A DNA stretch of 64,000 nucleotides from NCBI GenBank assembly GCA_964522545.1, contig CAZFWM010000003.1:3729-67728 (forward strand), given 5' to 3'. Origin of the DNA: an uncultured Thermodesulfobacteriota bacterium. Its GTDB lineage: Bacteria; Desulfobacterota; DSWW01; CAZFWM01. The notes beneath the pieces were generated by a model, which made no database searches, had not been told where the DNA came from, and saw only the letters and a program-made list of their open reading frames with translations. A program made the translations under genes and the position numbers. Below, one piece after another: positions 17,326 through 25,555 of the stretch; the stretch's first letter is position 1, and each line of letters opens with the position of its first letter.

Positions 17326-17383
17326 CGATGCATATTTATGCAAAAATTATGCATATAATGCCACTAATGAAAAATGTTGTCAA
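17326..17383 (-). promoter_or_regulatory. argG operon promoter with tandem ARG-box-like operators
   Basis: Minus strand: TTGACA (17383-17378), 17 nt, then CATTAT (17360-17355). This is followed by and overlaps the palindromes TGCATAAATATGCA (17342-17329) and ATGCATAAT-type half-sites, about 20 nt upstream of the SD of argG. Confidence 0.6.
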
Positions 17384-17452
17384 GTAGGGGTTGACCGGCT
17401 GGTCGGTCCCGTTTTGAACGCGAATGAAATCCACTGCATTCCGTCCAAGGAA

Positions 17453-17602
17453 TTAAACGCAGAGACGCAGAGAGGGAAATCTGCGGAGGAGCTTATGAAA
17501 AGATTTTATCAACCACAGAGGACACAGAGGTCACAGAGAGGGAATAAATCCGATCAAACTATTATTTTCTCTGTGACCTCTGTGTCCTCTGTGGTGAATT
17601 TA
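17453..17602 (+). repeat. Family A element, copy A1
   Basis: TTAAACGCAGAGACGCAGAG...CCACAGAGGACACAGAGGTCACAGAGAG (17513-17540)...CTCTGTGACCTCTGTGTCCTCTGTGG (17569-17594) TGAATTTA. It lies in the argG/lysA divergent region. Confidence 0.85.
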
Positions 17603-17631
17603 CCCTATCCGATTAAAAGGACGAATAAAAG

Positions 17632-18969
17632 ATGACAACATCTGAAAGCGAGGTCTATGAAGCAGGCCCTGACGGGGTGATGCGGCTGGCCGGCCACGAT
17701 GTCCGAACCCTGCTGAACCGGTTCGGCAGCCCCCTGGTGGTCATGCTGGAGGAGGTGATCCGAGCAAACTGCCGCGCCTACATGCAGGAAATGCAGAAAT
17801 ATCCGCGCTTCAGGATTTACTATGCGGCCAAGGCGTTCCTGACCACAGGCTTCTGCAGCCTGATCGAGGAAGAGGGGCTGGGGCTCGACGTGGTCTCGGC
17901 GGGCGAGCTCTTCACCGCCCTGGAGGCCGGGTTCCCGCCTGAGAGGATCCTTTTTCACGGCAATGCAAAGACCCGCGACGAGCACGCCATGGCCCTGCGC
18001 GCCGGCGTGGGACGGATCGTGATCGACAACCTGGACGAGATCGGCCGGCTGGCCGGGGTCGCCGAAGAGCTCGACTGCCGCGCCGACGTTCTGATCCGGG
18101 TGACGCCTGGAGTAAAGCCCCACACCCACCGCTACGTTCAGACCGGTCAGGTGGACTCCAAGTTCGGCTTCAACCTAGAGGGCGGCGCGGCCGAGGAAGC
18201 GGTGCGGCGGGTCCTGTCGAGTGAGCAGCTCGAGCTGGTCGGGCTACACTGTCACATAGGATCCCAGATCTTCGCCATCAAGCCCTTCGCCATAGCGGCC
18301 AGGGCCATGATGGAGTTCTACGCCCATGCCAAGAAGGACCTGGGCGCCCCCCTCGACGAGCTCAATCTGGGGGGAGGGCTCGGTGTCCGGTACACGCCGG
18401 ACGACTATCCCCCCTCGGTAGAGGAGCACCTGTCCGCCATGCGGTCGGCCGTCCTGGAGGCGGCCGGGGAGATGGGCGTCGAGCCCCCGGTGCTCTGCGA
18501 TGAGCCTGGCAGATCGATCGTGGGCCGGGCCGGAGTGACCCTCTACACCGTCCAGAGCGTAAAGAGGATCGAGGGGCTTCGCAACTACGTGAGCGTGGAC
18601 GGCGGAATGACCGACAACCCGCGCTACGCCCTCTACGGCGCCCGTCACCAGGTGGTCGCCGCGGACCGACTCGACGAGCCGGCCCCTATGCTCTGGTCCG
18701 TCTCCGGCCGCTGCTGCGAGTCGGGCGACATGCTCCAGAGCGACGTCCCCCTGCCCGAGATGAAGTCCGGGGACATCCTGGCCGTGCTCTCCACCGGCGC
18801 GTACACCTATAGCATGGCGAGCCACTACAACCGGGTTCCGAAGCCGGCCGTGGTCCTCGTGGCGTCCGGCCGGGCCGATCTCCTGGCGGCCCGGGAAAGT
18901 ATCGAGGACCTGATCCGGCTGGACCGGATCCCCGGCCGGGCGGAGCGGTCGGGACAAGGAGACGCTTAA
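17632..18969 (+). CDS. lysA: Diaminopimelate decarboxylase
   Basis: 445 aa. YAAKAF (PLP lysine region), HCHIGSQ, GGGLGV, CESGD and GAY..SMAS.YN. Confidence 0.92.
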   Translation: MTTSESEVYEAGPDGVMRLAGHDVRTLLNRFGSPLVVMLEEVIRANCRAYMQEMQKYPRFRIYYAAKAFLTTGFCSLIEEEGLGLDVVSAGELFTALEAGFPPERILFHGNAKTRDEHAMALRAGVGRIVIDNLDEIGRLAGVAEELDCRADVLIRVTPGVKPHTHRYVQTGQVDSKFGFNLEGGAAEEAVRRVLSSEQLELVGLHCHIGSQIFAIKPFAIAARAMMEFYAHAKKDLGAPLDELNLGGGLGVRYTPDDYPPSVEEHLSAMRSAVLEAAGEMGVEPPVLCDEPGRSIVGRAGVTLYTVQSVKRIEGLRNYVSVDGGMTDNPRYALYGARHQVVAADRLDEPAPMLWSVSGRCCESGDMLQSDVPLPEMKSGDILAVLSTGAYTYSMASHYNRVPKPAVVLVASGRADLLAARESIEDLIRLDRIPGRAERSGQGDA

Positions 18970-19005
18970 CGCGGCCGAGCCGTACCCAGATATGAGAATT
19001 GATTT

Positions 19006-19371
19006 AGCCACGAATTGACACGAAAGAACACGAAAAAAGCACGAGACGTTTGTTGATCTTTTAACGAAAGCAGATAATTTAATTGCATAGAAAATCCAAT
19101 TTATTCCATTTAAAGATTTTAACGCAGAGACGCAGAAAAGGAAATCCGTGGAGCTTAGAAAAAGAATTTTCAACCACAGAGATCACAGAGGACACAGAGA
19201 GAGAATGAATGCAATCAAGCGCTTTTTTTCTCTGTGCTCTCTGTGTCCTCTGTGGTGAATTTATATAACGTAAGGCTTGAATTGTCAGAGATCAAAAGTT
19301 CGTCCGAAGGGCTAAAATATTATTATAAGTTTTTTGTGATATTTCGTGTCATTTCGTATTTTTTCGTGGCT
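19006..19371. repeat. Outer CACGAA-word palindrome whose arms flank family A copy A2
   Basis: The left arm AGCCACGAATTGACACGAAAGAACACGAAAAAAGCACGAG (19006-19045) is mirrored by ...TTCGTGTCATTTCGTATTTTTTCGTGGCT (19334-19371). Confidence 0.75.
19082..19310 (+). repeat. Family A element, copy A2 (longest copy, with both flanks)
   Basis: Same core as A1. The left flank ATTGCATAGAAAATCCAATTTATTCC is shared with 32282. The right flank TATATAACGTAAGGCTTGAATTGTCAGAGATCAAAAGT is shared with A4 and, more weakly, A3. Confidence 0.85.
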
Positions 19372-19403
19372 GAAATCAGTAGAAGTATAAAAGAAAGGCT
19401 CTC

Positions 19404-20780
19404 ATGAAACCTCGTGTGGTGATGAAGTTCGGTGGAACAAGCCTGGGTACCCCGGAGGCCGTGGAGCGGGCCGCCCGGCACATCGTCCGGGAGGAAGCGG
19501 CGCCGGTGGTGGTCGCCTCGGCGGTCGGCGGAGTGACCGATTTGCTTATCGAGGCCGGGGACCTGGCCCGGAGCGGAAAAGACTTCGGGCGGGTGCTCGG
19601 CGAGATCGCGGAGCGTCATCGCATCATTGCCGAGGCGGTTTGCCTCGAGGGGACGCAGCTCGCGGAGTTCGAGGGGGATCTGGAGAGGATGCTCCACGGC
19701 GTGGCCGCCCTCGGAGAGCTCAGCCCGCGCATCACGGATTCCCTCCTCTCCTTCGGCGAGAGGGCGAGCGTTCATCTCCTCGCGGCTGCGGTGAGCCGCC
19801 TCGGCCGCCCGGCCCGGGCCTTTGCGAGCTGGGAGCTGGGGCTCACCACCAACGGCGACCATGGACGGGCCGAGGCGTTGCCGGAGGCGCGAGCGGAGAT
19901 CGGGCAGGCGGTCAAGGCCCTGGCCCCGGGCGAGGTGCCGATCGTCACCGGCTATATCGGGCGGACCCGGGAGGGCGAGATCACCACCCTCGGGCGTGGC
20001 GGATCCGACCTCACCGCCTCCATCTTCGGCGCGGCCGTCGGCGCCGAGGAGATCCAGATCTGGACCGATGTCCAGGGCATCCTGCGGGCCGATCCGAAGG
20101 CGGTGCCCGAGGTCGAGGTGGTGCCGGAGCTGAGCTTCGAAGAGGCGGCCGAGTTGGCCTACTTCGGCGCCAAGGTGCTTCACCCGAGGACCATGGAGCC
20201 GGCCCGGGACCGGGGCATCCCGGTCCGCGTGCTCGGTACCTTCCACGTCGACTGCGATTCCCCGGAGCCGGTCTCGGGGCAGGGGACCCTGATCCACGCC
20301 CGGGCCCCGGAGGAGCCGATACGGGCCATGGCCCTTCAGCAGAAGGTGCAGTCCCTTCACGTGCACTCCATGAGGATGCTGGAGGCCCCGGGATTCCTCT
20401 CCCGCGTCTTCGAGATCCTCGCCCGCCATCGGATCTCGGTCGATGTGATCGCCACCAGCGAGGTGAGCATCTCCATGACCCTCGACCTGTACGAAGGGGA
20501 CCTGGACAAGGCGATCGAGGAGATCTCCTCCTTTGCCGAAGTGAAGCGCACTCCGGGCCGGAGCATACTCTGTCTGGTTGGGGCCGGCATTCGCAGGGAC
20601 ACAGGGCTTCTTGCCCGTATTTTCCGGATGCTGGCCGAAGAGGAAGTGCCGGTGCACGTGATCTCTCAGGGCGCCTCGCGGATCAACATCACCCTTGTGA
20701 CCGAGCCGCCCCACGGCGAGAAGGCGATGCGCAGGTTGTACGAGGGGCTGTTCGGGCGCTCCGAAAAAACACCACAATGA
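19404..20780 (+). CDS. lysC: Aspartate kinase
   Basis: VMKFGGTSLG N-terminus, GRGGSD, and a C-terminal pair of ACT-like domains. The long antisense ORF 19323-20777 is rejected. Confidence 0.9.
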   Translation: MKPRVVMKFGGTSLGTPEAVERAARHIVREEAAPVVVASAVGGVTDLLIEAGDLARSGKDFGRVLGEIAERHRIIAEAVCLEGTQLAEFEGDLERMLHGVAALGELSPRITDSLLSFGERASVHLLAAAVSRLGRPARAFASWELGLTTNGDHGRAEALPEARAEIGQAVKALAPGEVPIVTGYIGRTREGEITTLGRGGSDLTASIFGAAVGAEEIQIWTDVQGILRADPKAVPEVEVVPELSFEEAAELAYFGAKVLHPRTMEPARDRGIPVRVLGTFHVDCDSPEPVSGQGTLIHARAPEEPIRAMALQQKVQSLHVHSMRMLEAPGFLSRVFEILARHRISVDVIATSEVSISMTLDLYEGDLDKAIEEISSFAEVKRTPGRSILCLVGAGIRRDTGLLARIFRMLAEEEVPVHVISQGASRINITLVTEPPHGEKAMRRLYEGLFGRSEKTPQ

Positions 20781-20783
20781 TTA

Positions 20784-20812
20784 TTGACATGGTGCATCAT
20801 TCGTGACATAGT
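20784..20812 (+). promoter_or_regulatory. Candidate promoter upstream of the terminator that precedes hisG
   Basis: TTGACA (20784-20789), 17 nt, then CATAGT (20807-20812). Sequence-only prediction. Confidence 0.3.
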
Positions 20813-20920
20813 GAGCATCATGAATCCCGGACCTAAGCATTTGCATGTCATTATTCTCCTTCATCACACCATAGAGGGCCGGGCAATGGTGTAACCACAA
20901 AGAACATACAGCACACCAGA

Positions 20921-20952
20921 ACGCCGGCCCCGAAAAGGTCGGCGTTTTTTTT
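20921..20952 (+). terminator. Strong intrinsic terminator between the aspartate kinase gene and hisG
   Basis: ACGCCGGCC-ccgaaaa-GGTCGGCGT followed by T8. It lies 141 nt after the ask stop and 44 nt before the hisG start. Confidence 0.8.
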
Positions 20953-20995
20953 ATAGCCCGGGTTCTTGATGAGCGATCCGGGCCAGGGAGGCATT

Positions 20996-21874
20996 ATGAT
21001 GGAAGGAAAGACCGAGGCGCCGCTCATACGCCTGGCGCTTCCCAAAGGGCGCATGCAGAAAGGTGTGTTCACCCTGCTCTCCGATGCGGGCATCCGGGTG
21101 TCCGAGCAGGCCCGCGTATATCGGCCCACGGTATCGATGCCCGGGTTCGACACAAAGATCCTTAAGCCGCAGAATATCGTGGAGATGCTGCACTTCTGCT
21201 CGCGCGATATCGGTTTCGCCGGCGCGGACTGGGTGGCGGAGCTGAAGGCGGATGTGGTGGAGCTGCTCGACACGGGTCTGGACCCCGTTCGGCTTGTGGC
21301 GGCGGCGCCCGAGGCCCTGCTGGTGGATGGCGGTCTTCCGCAGCGCCCCCTGGTGGTAGCCTCGGAGTACGAGACCCTCACCCGGGCCTGGATCGATCGC
21401 AGCGGCCTCGACGCCACGTTCGTGCACTCCTACGGCGCCACCGAAGTCTTTCCGCCAGAGGACGCCGACTGCATCGTGGACAACACGGCCACGGGCTCGA
21501 CTTTGAGGGGAAACGGCCTGGCCGTGGTGGACGAGCTGATGACGTCGACGACCCGCCTGTACGCAAACTCCAGGGCCATGGACGACCTGGCCCGGAAGGA
21601 GTCCATCGGGAATTTCGTCATGTTGCTGAACTCTGTACTGGAGGCGCGCCACAGGGTGATGCTGGAGATCAACGTGTCGGTGGACAAGCTGGAATCGCTG
21701 GTGGAGATCCTGCCCTGCATGCGGGAGCCCACTATTTCCAAGCTGCACAACGACGTGGGCTTTGCGGTCAAGGTGGCGGTGCCCAGGAGCGAGCTGGCCC
21801 GCCTGATTCCGGCCATCAAGGCGTGTGGCGGCACGGACTTGGTCGTCACGGCCCTGGCTCAGCTCGTGCCGTGA
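20996..21874 (+). CDS. hisG: ATP phosphoribosyltransferase, long form with the HisG C-terminal regulatory domain
   Basis: LRLALPKGRM, DIVDNTATGSTL and a C-terminal alpha/beta domain. I chose the start at 20996 because AGGGAGG lies 4 nt upstream. The track start at 20966 is also possible. Confidence 0.88.
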   Translation: MMEGKTEAPLIRLALPKGRMQKGVFTLLSDAGIRVSEQARVYRPTVSMPGFDTKILKPQNIVEMLHFCSRDIGFAGADWVAELKADVVELLDTGLDPVRLVAAAPEALLVDGGLPQRPLVVASEYETLTRAWIDRSGLDATFVHSYGATEVFPPEDADCIVDNTATGSTLRGNGLAVVDELMTSTTRLYANSRAMDDLARKESIGNFVMLLNSVLEARHRVMLEINVSVDKLESLVEILPCMREPTISKLHNDVGFAVKVAVPRSELARLIPAIKACGGTDLVVTALAQLVP

Positions 21875-21910
21875 TTGCGCGACATGTAAAACTATTTCCG
21901 TTGAAGAGTA

Positions 21911-22103
21911 TTAACGCAGAGACGCAGAGAAGGAAATCAGCGGAGCTTATGAAAAGATTTTTTCAACCACAGAGGACACAGAGGTCACAGAGAGAGAATG
22001 AATGCGATCAAGATTTTCTTTTCTCTGTGCTCTCTGTGTCCTCTGTGGTGAATTTATTTAACGAAATATTTGAAATGGCTGAGTGAAAAAGTCCGCTCCA
22101 AGG
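21911..22103 (+). repeat. Family A element, copy A3
   Basis: Near-identical core to A1. It lies between hisG and hisC. Confidence 0.85.
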
Positions 22104-22110
22104 GCGATGC

Positions 22111-23889
22111 GTGCGAGAGAAAGGTGTCCGTATAGTGGGAAATAAACCTCCCATACGAATCAAGCCATCCCCCTTCCTGAAGGGCATAGCCCCCTACCGG
22201 GTACCCACGGCCGGCGCCCCCGTGGACCTGTGCCTGGACGCCAACGAAGGGGCCGTCCCGCCCGTCGGCGTGGTCCGGGCACTGGACCCGATCTCGCCCG
22301 GGGTGGTGCGGTCCTACCCGGACGCCCGCCCACTCGAAGAGTTGCTCGCGGGCCGGCTTGGCCTCGAGCCCGACCGCGTCCTGGTCACGGCCGGCGGCGA
22401 TGATGCCATCAACCGGCTCTGTCGGGCCGTGCTCTTCCCGGGGCGGGAGATGATCATCCCGGTGCCGACCTTCACGATGATCCACCACTTCGGCGCCCTG
22501 GCAGGTGCCACGGTGGTGACGGTGCCGTGGGCCGAGAGTGCTTACCCGGTCGAAGAGGTCGAGCGGGCCGTGGGGCCGGACACGGCGGTGATCACCGTGG
22601 TGAGCCCCAACAATCCCACCGGCGCCGTGATCGGGGCCGAGGACCTCGAGCGGCTCTCCCTGGCCGCGCCCGAAGCCGTGCTGCTGTGCGATTTTGCCTA
22701 TGTCGAATTCGCCGATGAGGATCTCACGGACCGGGCGCTGGGCCTGTCCAACGCAGTCGTGGTCAGGACCCTCTCCAAGGCGTACGGGCTCGCCGGACTG
22801 CGGGTGGGGTATGCCCTGGGTCCCGCGGAGATTATCGAGTGGATGCGCACCGCCGGCGGCCCTTACGGAGTTGCCAGGCCTTCCCTGGCCCTGGCCGAGG
22901 CGAGGCTGCGTGAGGGCGAGTCCGATGTGACCGCCTACATCCGGAAGGTGAAGGGGGAGCGTGGGAGGCTGGAGGACCAGTTGACCCGGCTGGGCGCCAG
23001 GGTGGAGCCTTCGCAGGGGAATTTTGTCTTTGCGCGGGTCACCGACGCCCTTTGGGCCCGGGACGCCCTGGCCGGGCAGGGCATCGCGGTGCGGGCCTTC
23101 CCGGGCGCCCCAGGGCTCGCCGACGCCCTTCGAATCACCTGTCCCGGCAACGAGAGGGATTTCGACCGTTTATGCGAGGCCCTCGCCACGGCTCTCAGGC
23201 CCGAGGCGCTGCTTTTCGATATGGACGGCGTGCTGGCCGACGTCTCGCAGTCGTACCGGCAGGCCATCCTCGCCACGGCCGAGAGCTACGGCGTGACCCT
23301 GCGGACGGCCGAGGTGACGGCGGCCAAGATAGCCGGCAAGTCCAACAACGACTGGCACCTCACCCGGCGTCTGCTGGCCGAGCGAGGAGTCGACGCCCCT
23401 CTGGACGAGGTGACCCGGCGCTTCGAGGTCCTGTATCAGGGAACGCCCGAGGCGCCCGGCCTGCGCGCAAAAGAGCGGCTGCTAATCGAAAAAGAGGTGC
23501 TCACGGCCCTTGCCTCGAAGGTGAAGCTCGGCGTGGTGACAGGCCGGCCCCGCAGCGATGCCGAGCGGTTTTTGAGGGAGAAGGGCATCGAGGAGCTCAT
23601 CCCGGCCGTGGTCTGCATGGAAGATGCACCGCTCAAGCCGAGCCCCGATCCGGTCAGGCTCGCCATGGAGCGCCTCGGCGTAAGATATGCCTGGATGGTG
23701 GGCGACACGGCCGACGACGTGGCCGCGGCCAGGGCCGCGGGCGTGGTGCCCCTGGGTGTAGTGGCGCCGGGCGACGAGGTCCAAAACATGTCCCAAAACA
23801 CGTCCGAAGACGCGGCCGAAAAACTAACCGCCGCCGGAGCAGCCCGAGTGCTCCGGCAGGCATCCGACGTGGAGGATCTGCTGCCATGA
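22111..23889 (+). CDS. hisC: Histidinol-phosphate aminotransferase fused to a C-terminal HAD-IA-type phosphatase domain
   Basis: N-terminal class-II aminotransferase (NEG..PP, SPNNPTG, RTLSKAYGLAGLRVGY). The C-terminal roughly 220 aa carry HAD motifs DMDGVL, VVTGR, LKPSPDP and GDTADD. The start is uncertain (GTG at 22111 or GTG at 22135). Confidence 0.85.
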   Translation: MREKGVRIVGNKPPIRIKPSPFLKGIAPYRVPTAGAPVDLCLDANEGAVPPVGVVRALDPISPGVVRSYPDARPLEELLAGRLGLEPDRVLVTAGGDDAINRLCRAVLFPGREMIIPVPTFTMIHHFGALAGATVVTVPWAESAYPVEEVERAVGPDTAVITVVSPNNPTGAVIGAEDLERLSLAAPEAVLLCDFAYVEFADEDLTDRALGLSNAVVVRTLSKAYGLAGLRVGYALGPAEIIEWMRTAGGPYGVARPSLALAEARLREGESDVTAYIRKVKGERGRLEDQLTRLGARVEPSQGNFVFARVTDALWARDALAGQGIAVRAFPGAPGLADALRITCPGNERDFDRLCEALATALRPEALLFDMDGVLADVSQSYRQAILATAESYGVTLRTAEVTAAKIAGKSNNDWHLTRRLLAERGVDAPLDEVTRRFEVLYQGTPEAPGLRAKERLLIEKEVLTALASKVKLGVVTGRPRSDAERFLREKGIEELIPAVVCMEDAPLKPSPDPVRLAMERLGVRYAWMVGDTADDVAAARAAGVVPLGVVAPGDEVQNMSQNTSEDAAEKLTAAGAARVLRQASDVEDLLP

Positions 23890-24473
23890 CGAAGCGGAAA
23901 GTCGATGTTGCGCGAAAAACGAAAGAGACCGAAATCACCGTGACCCTCTGCCTGGACGGCACGGGAGAGGCGGCCGTGAAGACCGGCCTGGGTTTTCTGG
24001 ATCACATGGTGGCCACCCTCGCCTTCCATGCCCGCTTCGATCTGGAGCTCACCTGCAAGGGCGACCTGCACACCGACGATCACCACACGGCCGAGGACTG
24101 CGGGCTCGCTCTCGGCACGGCCCTCGACCGGGCCCTGGGCGAAGAGCGCCGCATCGCGAGGTTCGGCTCGGCCCATGCCCCCATGGACGAGGCCCTGGCC
24201 AGGGCGGTGGTCGACCTTTCGGGCCGCCCCGCTGCCGTGGTGAATCTGGGGTTGAAGCGATACACCATCGGGGGCGTGGCCGGCGAGAACCTGGTCCACT
24301 TCATCCAGTCCCTGGCCACGGCGGCCCGGGCATCCCTGCACGTGGACGTATTGCGCGGCGAAAACGACCACCACCGGGCCGAGGCCGCCTTCAAGGCCCT
24401 GGCCATGGCGCTGAGGCAGGCCGTGGCCGCCGACGAATCGCGCCCCGCCCCGAGCACAAAGGGGGTACTGTGA
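23886..24473 (+). CDS. hisB: Imidazoleglycerol-phosphate dehydratase (monofunctional)
   Basis: RKTKETEI, GFLDHM, DDHHT.ED and ENDHH..EA.FKA. ATGA overlap with the hisC-HAD stop. Confidence 0.93.
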   Translation: MTKRKVDVARKTKETEITVTLCLDGTGEAAVKTGLGFLDHMVATLAFHARFDLELTCKGDLHTDDHHTAEDCGLALGTALDRALGEERRIARFGSAHAPMDEALARAVVDLSGRPAAVVNLGLKRYTIGGVAGENLVHFIQSLATAARASLHVDVLRGENDHHRAEAAFKALAMALRQAVAADESRPAPSTKGVL

Positions 24474-24543
24474 CGAGGGGACATTGCTAAGCCGCAATTC
24501 AATAACGGTGAAGACAAAATTAGACAAACCATCAGGAGATAAT

Positions 24544-24680
24544 CTCTGAGGAACCCAGGAACCCAGAAAGAAAAGCCATGATGGCATTAGAGATTATGAG
24601 GCCTTCGATGAAATAGTTATATTCGGGCATTTTCATATTCTCAATTTTTATTCCCCTTCATGGGTTCATGGGTTCCTCAG
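24544..24680. repeat. Family B palindrome, copy B2
   Basis: Arms at 24544-24566 and 24659-24680 (CATGGGTTCATGGGTTCCTCAG). It lies between hisB and hisH. Confidence 0.85.
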
Positions 24681-24698
24681 CGGAAAAATATTTTAAAA

Positions 24699-25310
24699 AT
24701 GAAACACTCCGAATCACCGAAAGTAGTCGTTGTACGCACCGGGACGGCCAATACCGCTTCGGTGCTCTCGGGCCTGTCCAAGGCCGGCGCCGAGGCCTGT
24801 CTGGTCTTCGACGCCGACGAAGTGGCCCATGCCGACCGCTTGGTGCTTCCCGGGGTGGGCGCCTTTGCGGCGGCCATGGAGGAGCTTCGCAAGTACGGTC
24901 TCGCGGAGGCCCTGGCCGGTCGCATCCGGCAGGGTCGCCCCACGCTGGGTGTCTGCCTGGGGCTCCAGCTCTTCTGCGAGGGGAGCGAGGAAGATCCCGG
25001 CGTGGAGGGGCTGGGCATCCTCCCTCACCGGGTGAAGCGCTATTCGGACGAGGTGCGGGTGCCGCAGCTTGGGTGGAATCGGATCGAGCCCGGCGATGGC
25101 TGCAGCCTGCTGCAGCCGGGGTACGCCTATTTTGCCAACTCGTACCGTCTGCAGGAGCGGCCCGAGGGATGGAGCGTGGCGATCACCGATTACGACGGTC
25201 CCTTTGTCTCTGCCTTCGAGCGCGGGCCGGTCATGGCCTGTCAGTTTCACCCCGAGCTCTCCGGGGCCTGGGGGATCGATTTGCTTCGGCGGTGGATAGA
25301 GGTCGGTTAG
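24699..25310 (+). CDS. hisH: Imidazole glycerol phosphate synthase, glutamine amidotransferase subunit
   Basis: LPGVGAF, GVCLGLQL (catalytic Cys) and QFHPE. The track start at 24660 (MGSWVPQR) lies inside repeat arm B2, so I use the ATG at 24699. Confidence 0.9.
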   Translation: MKHSESPKVVVVRTGTANTASVLSGLSKAGAEACLVFDADEVAHADRLVLPGVGAFAAAMEELRKYGLAEALAGRIRQGRPTLGVCLGLQLFCEGSEEDPGVEGLGILPHRVKRYSDEVRVPQLGWNRIEPGDGCSLLQPGYAYFANSYRLQERPEGWSVAITDYDGPFVSAFERGPVMACQFHPELSGAWGIDLLRRWIEVG

Positions 25311-25358
25311 ATTTATCTTTGAAATTAATTGATTGCAAATCGATTATCTGTTGATTTC

Positions 25359-25462
25359 ATCACGAAGAGCACGAAGGAGTCACGAAGAACGCGAAGAAAA
25401 AAACGGTTGTCTTATTCAATATCACTTTGTGATCTTCGTGACTCCTTCGAGTCCTTCGTGAT
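25359..25462. repeat. CACGAAG-word palindrome
   Basis: ATCACGAAGAGCACGAAGGAGTCACGAAGAACGCGAAG is mirrored by GATCTTCGTGACTCCTTCGAGTCCTTCGTGAT. It lies between hisH and hisF. Confidence 0.8.
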
Positions 25463-25555
25463 TCTATGCCCAATTTCGATTAGATGACCGTAAGGAAAAC
25501 CAAGACTGCTATTTTGTTGATGCTACGTCGAATCAGGAATCATGGAAGATAAGTC

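Noticed and set aside
17384-17631. Lysine (L-box) or SAM riboswitches upstream of lysA/ask (17384-17631, 18970-19403) and metXW (30319-30528).
   Set aside because: These leaders are occupied by family A and word palindromes. I could not recognise the conserved L-box or SAM-I core sequences, though this cannot be fully excluded without a covariance-model scan.
17213-17635. Track ORFs running through repeats. Examples are 17213-17635, 21823-22086 (..QPQRTQRSQRE..), 50484-50966, 12431-12616, 27576-27764, 7533-7742 and the 5' part of 42371-43621.
   Set aside because: They are translations of the family A, B, E or word palindromes. The reading frames are not conserved between copies; for example, A4 has a stop after MKKN.
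19323-20777. 484-aa minus-strand ORF covering the aspartate kinase locus.
   Set aside because: The plus strand gives KFGGTSLG and the full aspartokinase/ACT architecture. The minus-strand product has no motifs, and its composition is a GC artefact.
20789-20806. Micro-ORF ATG GTG CAT CAT TCG TGA (MVHHS) as a histidine leader peptide.
   Set aside because: It has only two His codons and lies inside the putative -35/-10 spacer, so it would not be transcribed from that promoter. The downstream 24-codon ORF is the less weak candidate.
24660-24698. Longer N-termini offered by the ORF track for hisH (MGSWVPQR..), argR, argB, argG, hisD, ilvB, leuC, leuD, leuB, the HI0933-like gene, the flavoprotein, and others.
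   Set aside because: The extensions run through repeat arms or the upstream gene and lack an RBS. Internal ATGs coincide with family-typical N-termini, SD sequences or ATGA coupling.
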